Under the pieces are notes generated by a model. That model searched no databases and was not told where the DNA came from. It saw nothing but the letters and a program-made list of their open reading frames with translations. This document shows positions 56,371-63,688 of a stretch of 63,688 nucleotides of DNA, one piece after another; the first letter of the stretch is position 1, and every line of letters starts with the position of its first letter. The position numbers and the translations under genes were made by a program. The DNA comes from a virus. Taxonomy: Duplodnaviria > Caudoviricetes. The stretch lies in IMG/VR virus record IMGVR_UViG_3300036785_000484, positions 1-63,688 of that record. The stretch is one strand, 5' to 3'.

Positions 56371-56864
56371 CGCCGCCCCTTCGGGACCGGCATGGTCACC
56401 TCGTCGGTCGGCTGGAACGAGACCCCGTTCTCCCGCTGCACCGGACGGGTGGACGGGTTCTCGCCGGAGCGCACGATCAGCCCGAGCGCGTGCGACCAGC
56501 CGGGATGCTCAGTCGCGAAATGGTGGCAGCGTCGGCACAGATGCAGAATGTTCGCCGGATGCCATCGCCCACCCACCCCGCGGGACTTGCGGTGGTGCAT
56601 CTCCTGGCCGGTCATCTTCATGCAGAACTCACAAATGCCCCCGGACCGGCCGGAGACAGCGGCCCGGGTGGAGGTCTCCGTCCAGACCGGGCCGAGCTGA
56701 CCGGACATCCGGCAGTCCATCCCCACCGAGTCGGGATGTCTCAGCACCAGGCCGTGCTCGTCGGTGCGGACGGGGTTCAGGCAGACCGGGCACAGCACAG
56801 CTGCTCCTCTCCGGGTGGGATGCCGCCGGGGCGCTGGATGGGTCTCGGACCCCGAGGTCGTCAT
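56367..56864 (-). CDS. HNH endonuclease with N-terminal Zn finger
   Basis: CPVC..H..C; RSGGICEFC..HHRKSR..NILHLCRRCH. Confidence 0.8.
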   Translation of the reverse strand: MTTSGSETHPAPRRHPTRRGAAVLCPVCLNPVRTDEHGLVLRHPDSVGMDCRMSGQLGPVWTETSTRAAVSGRSGGICEFCMKMTGQEMHHRKSRGVGGRWHPANILHLCRRCHHFATEHPGWSHALGLIVRSGENPSTRPVQRENGVSFQPTDEVTMPVPKGRR

Positions 56865-56953
56865 TGGACCGTCCATCGTTTCCGTTGGTGCCGGGGAGAT
56901 TCGCGATGTTAGAAGACCCGGCTCCGGTGACGTTGACGCCCCGGCGGCACGCT

Positions 56954-57133
56954 TCATGGGGCGGGATAGTTCGCGGCGACCCAGGCGCGGCCCGCCCGCC
57001 GCGCCGCACCCTTGTTGGTGTAGTCGCTCCGTGGGGACACGAAGCACGCCCCGTTGCTGGACTGGTACACCCAGCGCCAACCCCGGTCGGTCTCCTCCAC
57101 ATCGACATCGACGTGGTTCATGCTGCTGGTCAT
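56954..57133 (-). CDS. small protein, DUF1508-like pattern
   Basis: GWRWVYQSSNG...S..YTNKGAARRA. Confidence 0.5.
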   Translation of the reverse strand: MTSSMNHVDVDVEETDRGWRWVYQSSNGACFVSPRSDYTNKGAARRAGRAWVAANYPAP

Positions 57134-57351
57134 CGACGCTCCTGCAGGAGCCGATAGATCGCGCCGAGCATGTGCGCGCACGCGGCCATCGCCTGGTCGC
57201 CGCTTAGCGCGGCCATCGCCTGGTCGTAGTGCCAGAAGTGATCCGGTCTCGGCCCGCCGTTGTCCATGTCCATCCGTTGCCTTTCGCTTTCGCTCGACAG
57301 CCAGTATTCGGCGTCCATCCGGTGCGTCGGGTGCGCCATGATCTGCGACAT
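57130..57351 (-). CDS. hypothetical protein
   Basis: AMAA repeat; coupled. Confidence 0.55.
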   Translation of the reverse strand: MSQIMAHPTHRMDAEYWLSSESERQRMDMDNGGPRPDHFWHYDQAMAALSGDQAMAACAHMLGAIYRLLQERR

Positions 57352-57368
57352 GCTGACCGCACCGGCCT

Positions 57369-57497
57369 TCACGGCAGGTCCGGGATCGCGGCCAGCATCC
57401 GGCGCAGCAGCACCGGGTCGGTCACGGTCGGGATCGCCTGCAGCACCCGAACCGCCAGCTCCGTCAGCTCGAACATCGTGATCTCCTCCTCGCTCAT
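57369..57497 (-). CDS. small hypothetical protein
   Basis: RBS GGGAG. Confidence 0.45.
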   Translation of the reverse strand: MSEEEITMFELTELAVRVLQAIPTVTDPVLLRRMLAAIPDLP

Positions 57498-57505
57498 GTC
57501 GCTCC

Positions 57506-58036
57506 CTATCCATGTCGGCGCACCCGCTCGGCGGTGTGGACCCGGCCGGGGGCGGCTTCGGGCCGGGCCAGGTGAACCACCCGGCCCGCCCGAGTCTGCT
57601 CCGCCTTGGCCCTCAGGGACGCCAGCAACACGTCCTCCTCCGAAGCCTTCACGTCCTCGGTCTGCTCCGCGTCGAGCCAGTCCCAGTCGGTCTCCGCCAC
57701 CAGCCAGCGCTCGACCTGATCCGACCACTCCGACTCCGCCGTGACCCAGTCAGCCACGTCCTGCTCGAAGTCCGCCCCGAGCCAGGTGTCCATCGGGTCG
57801 GCGGTGCGCTCAGCGAACGCGGTCAGCGCCCCGGACGCCCGGACCGAGCTACCCCGACGCCGCTCCGACCGGACGAACTCCATCGTTCGGGTCAGGCGCT
57901 CGTTGGTGGACGACGAGCACTGCGTGTTCTGGCAGCACTCCGACGAATGCACGCCGCCGTTCGTCCAGTAGCCGTCGTCGCCGCACGGGAAGCACCCGGC
58001 GGGGCAGCACAGGTCGTTCGGGTTGCTGTAGCTCAT
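57506..58036 (-). CDS. hypothetical protein (Cys-rich N-terminus, acidic Trp repeats)
   Basis: RBS GGAG; ATGA coupling. Confidence 0.6.
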   Translation of the reverse strand: MSYSNPNDLCCPAGCFPCGDDGYWTNGGVHSSECCQNTQCSSSTNERLTRTMEFVRSERRRGSSVRASGALTAFAERTADPMDTWLGADFEQDVADWVTAESEWSDQVERWLVAETDWDWLDAEQTEDVKASEEDVLLASLRAKAEQTRAGRVVHLARPEAAPGRVHTAERVRRHG

Positions 58037-58545
58037 GACGACATCTCCATCGCGCCATAGGTGTTGAACGGCAGATCGCGGATGATCAGCTCCTCCACCC
58101 AGCGGTGCGTGATCACACCGTCGTCGCCGTGGACCTGGTGCGGTCCGTCGTGCGGGAACACCCGCTCGGAGCAGCACAGCCGCTCCGCGAACACCGGGAG
58201 GATGCAGACCATCCCGTCCGGGTGCACCGCGCCGCAGTCCCGGGCGGCGACCTTCGCCCCGTCCTCGAAACCGTCCATGACCGCAGCCCCGGCCAGGGTG
58301 GCGTTCGCCAGGTCCAGGCGGGTCGGGATCGGCTCCTTCACCGACTCCTCGACGTGCCCGAGCGAGGCGAACAGGGTCGCCGTGACACGCGGCGTCCGGG
58401 TGTGCGGGACGACGAGCACACCGTCGTCCTTGGCGTAGGCGGCTGACATGTTGAAGCCCTTGTCGATCAAGGCGTCGCCGATCTCGGTGAAACTTCCGCG
58501 CTTCAGCGTGGTGTTGCAGTAGCGCGCAACGAACTCCTGGTTCAT
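58033..58545 (-). CDS. hypothetical protein
   Basis: RBS GAGGAG, conserved leader and own promoter at 58596-58620. Confidence 0.7.
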   Translation of the reverse strand: MNQEFVARYCNTTLKRGSFTEIGDALIDKGFNMSAAYAKDDGVLVVPHTRTPRVTATLFASLGHVEESVKEPIPTRLDLANATLAGAAVMDGFEDGAKVAARDCGAVHPDGMVCILPVFAERLCCSERVFPHDGPHQVHGDDGVITHRWVEELIIRDLPFNTYGAMEMSS

Positions 58546-59156
58546 CGCGTATCTCCTCGGGTGGTCCGGGCTGGCCTGGTGCCAACCGCTGAACTGAATA
58601 TAGCAGCGCAGTAGCAATTATGTCCAACCGGTTAGCTGACAACCGATGGACCAGTTAACTCGGGCACCAGCAGCAGGGCCCGGGACAGCTCCTTGGCCCC
58701 TGGATTGATCTGACGGTGCGGCCAGATCATCGTCGCGCAGTCCCAGCAGACCGATTGAAGACCCGAGAAGTTCTGGCAGATCGCGCAGGTTCGCATCATC
58801 GTCATGTCCTTCAGTCGTCGTCCCACTGAGCGCCGGGTATCGGCACGGTGTACTCCCCACACTCGGGGCACGTCGGTTCGTCGGTCAGCGCTGCGCACAG
58901 CACACACTCACGGGGCCCGTCCTGGGGCTCAGGCTCGTTCTCCGGGCCGAACCGGGCCGGGTTGGTGTGCCAGGACTGAAGCGGCTTAGGGATGCGCTCA
59001 GGGACGAAATCACGCGACGGCATCAGGACGCCATCGTCACCGGGTACCAGCACGGCCCGACCCCACGCTTGTGGTACGGCCACTTGTCGTGCGCGCAGGC
59101 GCAGACCCCCCGGGTGGTGGACTCCCGGTACTCCGTGCACGCGCACGTCTTCGGCT

Positions 59157-59525
59157 TCATTGCAGGTCCAGCTCCGGCTGCGCGGGCTCGGGCAGTCCCG
59201 GCCCGGGCGGGTGCTGCTTCCGGTAGGCGCGGGCCACCTCGATATCGGCCCGCTCCACCGCCAGCCGCGCGTCCGCGAGATACGGGATCTCGTAGTCGTG
59301 GTGATCTGACCGGACCGCGATCCGGGCCGCCCGCTCCGCCGCCTGCTGCGAGGCCCCCGCCGCCAGCGCCGCCGCCAACGCCACCCGTACCGGATGCGCC
59401 GGGGAGAACCGCATCGGACGCCGGGACTCCTGGCCCTTCCCCGGCCAGGTGGTGCCCAGACACACCGCACCCGGGGCCGACCCGCAGTGCAGGCAGCGGA
59501 CATCCAGCGCCGGGTTCGTACTCAC
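59157..59525 (-). CDS. Zn-finger protein
   Basis: ALDVRCLHCGSAPGAVC...HPVR. Confidence 0.7.
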   Translation of the reverse strand: MSTNPALDVRCLHCGSAPGAVCLGTTWPGKGQESRRPMRFSPAHPVRVALAAALAAGASQQAAERAARIAVRSDHHDYEIPYLADARLAVERADIEVARAYRKQHPPGPGLPEPAQPELDLQ

Positions 59526-60136
59526 ACCCGGATACCCAGCTTGGCTAGGCCGGACAGGACGTAATGCTTCGCGCAGAACTGGGCGAACGTGGACGGTTTA
59601 TCGCAGGACGGGTCGGCGCACTCCGCACCCGGCGGATGCTCCACCGGGCACACCACCGGGGGCACCTCCGCGTACCCGGACCGGACCCGCTGCCAGTACG
59701 CGGCCAGCCGCTGATCCGACGACCAATCCTCCGGGTACTCCGGGTCGGGCACCGACTTATCGACGTAGCCGTACCGGTCCCGACGCTGCCCGGCGGAGTC
59801 CACGTACCCGCCGCCGAACGCCAACTGCTGCGCCGGGGGCCGACCACCCAGATCGGACCAGGCGTCCTCCCGGGTATTTGGGTCCGACCGCTCGTACGCG
59901 TCCCGACGGAACCGCTGGATGATTAAGCCCAGATCGGCGGGCTGAACCAGTCGCTCCCGGGGCCGCTTGCACAGCTCGTGCGCCGCCGCCACTAGGTCAT
60001 CCCCGGTCCAGCCCAGATAACCGTCGTAATACTTTGACCAAGCAGCCATCGTCGCCTCGTTCGGCTCCGGTGTCTTATCGGGCGCGTTGGCAGCGAGCAT
60101 CGCGAGCGCGTCCCCAATGTCGATTCGAGTAATCAT
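59522..60136 (-). CDS. putative helicase loader/inhibitor-like protein
   Basis: Coupled directly downstream of the initiator; ATMAAW...QPADL pattern. Confidence 0.55.
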   Translation of the reverse strand: MITRIDIGDALAMLAANAPDKTPEPNEATMAAWSKYYDGYLGWTGDDLVAAAHELCKRPRERLVQPADLGLIIQRFRRDAYERSDPNTREDAWSDLGGRPPAQQLAFGGGYVDSAGQRRDRYGYVDKSVPDPEYPEDWSSDQRLAAYWQRVRSGYAEVPPVVCPVEHPPGAECADPSCDKPSTFAQFCAKHYVLSGLAKLGIRV

Positions 60137-60987
60137 GTCAGCCCTTTCGGTTGACCGGGCTGACGACCCATTGCCATCCAGCCCAGCGTTTTCTCCTCGG
60201 CCCGGCTCAGCCGGTGTCCGTTCCTGGTCGCCCCAGCGCGACGTTTCATCAGCTCGGTGTACATGTGCGGCAGCTGACCGGGATAGACATCCGTGGTACC
60301 GGCCCACTCGCTCAGCACCGAGGACACGTCGTCGGGCGTCGCCCCGTCGTTGATCAGAATCTGGGTGTGCGCGTACAGCCCATCCCGGGTCCGTCGGGTC
60401 CGGAGCTGAGTTTTCGGCACCGCCTCGTGGACCAGTTTTCGGGCGTCATCGGAGACCCGGATTTGGTCGATGCCCTCGGGGCTTAGTGACGTACCCCTGT
60501 TAGTAACAACCAAGCCTGGAGAAGGAGAGTTCGTAGGTGGTTCTTTTAAAGAAAGAACATCCTTACCTGCCTGTGGAATAACCGTCTCAGTAACGGTTTC
60601 AGTAACGGTCTCCGTTACGTTATCCGTAACGTTACTGCCCTGATTGGCCAGCTCAGCCTGCCTGGCTCTCCACCTGGCCTGGCGCTCGGCGTTCATCCGC
60701 CGGGCATGGGCAGCCGACCTGTGCTGATCCCTGCTGGTCTGGGTCTCCTCGAACTCGGGGATGCTCCACCCGGTGAGGGTCGCGACGAACAGTTCCGCCT
60801 TCACGAGATCCGGGAGCACGGCCCGGTCGAAATGGGGAATCAGCGGGAGGTCATCGGTCTCGATCATGCCGTCGGTGCGATTCGCGACCGACCACATCAA
60901 GGCGCTGACGAACGATTGGAAATGAGCGGGTGATTTGTGGACCCGTCGGTCATTCAGCCATCGGTCAGGCAATCGCGTGTCGGTCAT
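60133..60987 (-). CDS. replication initiator-like protein
   Basis: MWSVANRTDGMI wHTH-like N-terminus, RQARWR, then a VT(E/D) repeat linker as in lambda O-type initiators. Confidence 0.65.
   Translation of the reverse strand: MTDTRLPDRWLNDRRVHKSPAHFQSFVSALMWSVANRTDGMIETDDLPLIPHFDRAVLPDLVKAELFVATLTGWSIPEFEETQTSRDQHRSAAHARRMNAERQARWRARQAELANQGSNVTDNVTETVTETVTETVIPQAGKDVLSLKEPPTNSPSPGLVVTNRGTSLSPEGIDQIRVSDDARKLVHEAVPKTQLRTRRTRDGLYAHTQILINDGATPDDVSSVLSEWAGTTDVYPGQLPHMYTELMKRRAGATRNGHRLSRAEEKTLGWMAMGRQPGQPKGLT
60541..60637. repeat. putative origin: five 12-bp iteron-like units beside an AT-rich tract
   Basis: ATAACCGTCTCA, GTAACGGTTTCA, GTAACGGTCTCC, GTTACGTTATCC, GTAACGTTACTG (60578-60637); TTCTTTTAAAGAAAGAA at 60541. 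Confidence 0.6.
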
Positions 60988-61272
60988 CGGGTATTCACCC
61001 AAGCCGAGAATCACGCGAGCTAAGATCCACAACGTCAGCTCCCATTCGCATTAGCTGGCCGGTCCCGGGCGGGCTCACATCCCGCGCCGGGGCGCTTAAT
61101 CTTCGGGGAACCTGGGGGACTTTAGACCCTCTCACGGCGGATGGGAACTGCCCTGATCCGGTCGGCCGAAACTGGGGATAAACCTGGGGATTGTGTTCTG
61201 GGGACACGCCTTTGAATGTGTTTCGGTTCGGTCCCATCGCGCGATATCCTGTCCCTTGCAATCCCTGTCAAC

Positions 61273-61319
61273 GATTCAGCCCCGGCCCTGGTATTCGCTC
61301 CCAGGACCGGGGCTGAATC
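61273..61319 (-). terminator. hairpin terminator downstream of the RecT-like gene
   Basis: GATTCAGCCCCGG / CCGGGGCTGAATC 13-bp stem, extendable. Confidence 0.7.
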
Positions 61320-61367
61320 AACTACCTGCCTAGCCGGTAGCCAGCTACTCCCTCAGATGTTTGCTGC

Positions 61368-62411
61368 CTAGTCACCCGGCGCGCCCTGCTGCGGCTCCGG
61401 GATGGTCTCGGGGCCAGGCGGTTCGGGTGTCGTGTAGTGGCCGATGATCTCGTCGGCTTCCGACGATGTGAGTTTATGCAGATCCGGCAGCCGCTTCTCG
61501 CGCTGCAAGAACAGGGTGATGTCCTCCAAAAGCCCGGCAGCAGAAAGCCCTTGGCCTTTGCCGAGCGCCCGGATACGGGTCAACTGCTCGTCGGTGGCGA
61601 GCTCGCAGTCCGGGTCGACCACCATGACCCCGGTAGGAGGAGACTCCCCGGTCGGCTGGGGCGCGAGAGGAGTCGCCTCGACCGGGGAGTCATTCGGGTC
61701 CACGTCGGCGGTCGCCTTGGACGCCTCCTCGGCGATCTCACGGAGCCGCGCGGTGCCGCGCACCCCCTCCCGCACCACTCTTTGCACGGTGACGTTCTGC
61801 AGCTGCAGCTCCTCCACGCTGTACGCCATCCCGAGTAGCACATCCGGGTATTGGATGCGGCACACTTCGGCGGTCGCTTTCGCGCGCAGCATCTCGGTCG
61901 GGTTGGTCTGGTACCGCTCGTTGGTGGTGTAACCGGCCTGCCGGGCGCGTTCCATCGTCCACTCCGACGACGCCCAATGCCCGTCCCGTAAACCCCGCCA
62001 GATGACCGACTCGTCGGAGGCGGACACCTCCTCGATCTTGAACCCGGCCCGGAGTACCTGAGCGGCCATCGTGCGCGCGTACACGGCGGGCTTCCCGTGT
62101 ACCACGAACACGTTCTGCGCTGACGCCATCGCGGACAGCCCGATCTCGCTCCCGTACAGCACAGCAGCCGCGAGGTTGTAGGTGGCGGTCTCCCCCAGCG
62201 GGTCGGTGCAACCCCGGGGCTTGTGACCCTGCTGGAAATGCTCCGGCACCATCGTCGTCTTGCTCATCGCCAGCGCCCACCGGTACGCCTTGTCCAGCGC
62301 GGCCACTTCCGCTTCGAGGCGCTGCAGCGCTCCGGTGGTGGGTTCGGTGATCTCCGAGACCGACGGCAGCTGCTGCTGCTCGACGGTTTCGATCTCCCTG
62401 TTTTCGCTCAT
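61368..62411 (-). CDS. RecT-like single-strand annealing protein
   Basis: VPEHF, LYGSEIGL, VVHGKP, WTMERARQAG, PTEMLRAKA; paired with YqaJ. Confidence 0.8.
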   Translation of the reverse strand: MSENREIETVEQQQLPSVSEITEPTTGALQRLEAEVAALDKAYRWALAMSKTTMVPEHFQQGHKPRGCTDPLGETATYNLAAAVLYGSEIGLSAMASAQNVFVVHGKPAVYARTMAAQVLRAGFKIEEVSASDESVIWRGLRDGHWASSEWTMERARQAGYTTNERYQTNPTEMLRAKATAEVCRIQYPDVLLGMAYSVEELQLQNVTVQRVVREGVRGTARLREIAEEASKATADVDPNDSPVEATPLAPQPTGESPPTGVMVVDPDCELATDEQLTRIRALGKGQGLSAAGLLEDITLFLQREKRLPDLHKLTSSEADEIIGHYTTPEPPGPETIPEPQQGAPGD

Positions 62412-62529
62412 GTCGTTGTCACCTTCCGTTCCGAGACCGGTCCAAAAATGCCGGTCTGCGTTCCATGAAGCGACGGGTCCGAGCGGGCCAAGCTGAGGCC
62501 GAACTGTACTCCTGCCCGTCGCCGATTCG

Positions 62530-63453
62530 TCACCTCGCTGTTAACTGGGATGGGTCCATTTTCGCCACCAGGGAGACCCCGCCCCGGAAGTGCGGCTGCC
62601 GGGCCGCGACCCGCTCCCCGTTGCACTCAATAAACTGCGCGCTACCCGCCTCCGACAGGATCTTCGACTTCAGCCCGACCAGCACCGCGTCCGCCGACTT
62701 GCACTCCGTGAGCGCGGTCAGATAATCCGACGCCAACGCCTCCGGGATCTCCACCGACGTGCCCGGCTCGATATCCGGGTGCAACTGTCGGAGGGTGGTG
62801 TACGTGGACACCGAGTCATCCAAATCGGGTGGCTGATCGTCGGCGAGGGACTTCCAGAACCGGCGGCACACCGCCAGCATCCACTCCCCGACCTTCTCAT
62901 CGAAGCTGACCGGATATGTGTGATGCGCGAAGTACGGGCCCATCAGCACCAGGTCGGCAGGCCAGTTCGTCATCCCGCAGAACAGCTGCTCCGCCTGCAC
63001 CTGCAGCGCGTAATCGGCTGGGCAGTCGCCGTCCAAATTCGGGTCGCCCCACTCGCCGAGATCCCTCGCGGTTTTCAACTCGATCACTTTCCGGGCCCGG
63101 CCCCGGCAGGCCCGACGGTCCGGGGTCGCCACCGTCGGGAACCCGAACTCCTCACTGACGTACTGCACCTCACCCGGGCTGAGTTTCCAGCCGGGGTGCT
63201 CCAGCTTCCACAGCTCCGCCAACGCCGACTCGAACGCGTGCCCGACCCGGAACCGGTCCGCATCAGGCTCCGGCCCAATCCGACCGGCCATCCTCATCCA
63301 GACGGTGTACGCCGAATGGAACCGAGACACCCCGCAGATCGACGCGACCTTGCTCGGCGAGATCATCGCCAGATGTTGAGGGGTGCCGGGCTCGATGAAC
63401 CCCCGACGGGTCGGGAATACCGGAGTGACCTCAAACATGCCTAACTGATCCAT
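62530..63453 (-). CDS. YqaJ/RecE-like exonuclease
   Basis: SKVASICGVSRF, GHAFE, ATPD, IELKT, YALQVQ; RBS GGAGG. Confidence 0.88.
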   Translation of the reverse strand: MDQLGMFEVTPVFPTRRGFIEPGTPQHLAMISPSKVASICGVSRFHSAYTVWMRMAGRIGPEPDADRFRVGHAFESALAELWKLEHPGWKLSPGEVQYVSEEFGFPTVATPDRRACRGRARKVIELKTARDLGEWGDPNLDGDCPADYALQVQAEQLFCGMTNWPADLVLMGPYFAHHTYPVSFDEKVGEWMLAVCRRFWKSLADDQPPDLDDSVSTYTTLRQLHPDIEPGTSVEIPEALASDYLTALTECKSADAVLVGLKSKILSEAGSAQFIECNGERVAARQPHFRGGVSLVAKMDPSQLTAR

Positions 63454-63536
63454 CCGGCCCTCCTGCTCGTCGGCCTTTTGCCGCCTACGATCTGGACCTT
63501 AAACCAGGGTTGTGACAAGTCTCGGTAGGGACTCGG

Positions 63537-63686
63537 CTACGCACCGGCATTGAGCCACGGGTTCTCCTCGGCGTCGAATTGGAGATTCTCGATCCGTGCC
63601 TGCTGGTGACGGGCTCGGTGGTCCTTTGCTACCGACAGACGCTCAAACTCCAGTCGGTCGAGGTAGTATCGGCCCGCCGGAGTTTG
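63537..63686 (-). CDS. partial gene, possibly an excisionase-like HTH C-terminus (cut by the window edge)
   Basis: Open frame QTPAGRYYLDRLEFERL... to TAG at 63537. Confidence 0.4.
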   Translation of the reverse strand, partial: QTPAGRYYLDRLEFERLSVAKDHRARHQQARIENLQFDAEENPWLNAGA

Positions 63687-63688
63687 AG

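Noticed and set aside
63642-63688. 10-bp inverted repeat CTCAAACTCC/GGAGTTTGAG ending at the window edge
   Set aside because: Could be chance or an end artefact; flanking sequence is unavailable

Overview
This window is a large part of a high-GC siphovirus genome of mycobacteriophage/actinobacteriophage type; no host genes are evident. Layout: (1) a strand-skewed non-coding left region with a repeated motif (1-1100); (2) about 25 small rightward accessory genes, including a methyltransferase-glycosyltransferase fusion (1144-9076); (3) terminase, HK97-type portal and prohead protease (9266-15018), separated from the major capsid gene by a 4.4 kb accessory insert (ParB + glycosyltransferase pair, YodL-like, methyltransferase); (4) neck, tail tube, -1 frameshifted tail chaperone, tape measure and minor tail genes, including a 2168-aa repeat/CBM tail protein; (5) a five-gene fibre/adhesin-like cassette on the opposite strand (45554-50205); (6) one 766-aa ORF joining lysin A-type domains to a lysin B-type GxSxG esterase; (7) HNH, holin-like and HTH genes, and a leftward arm with a replication initiator (iteron-like repeats), RecT-like and YqaJ genes. 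No integrase, polymerase, reverse transcriptase or CRISPR array is visible, and the genome probably continues to the right. Most notable: the LysA-LysB fusion with internal start signals, the antisense fibre cassette, a frameshifted and probably inactive paralogue of the phage's own prohead protease, and two recurring promoter/operator motif classes. All family assignments come from motifs read by eye, not from database searches.
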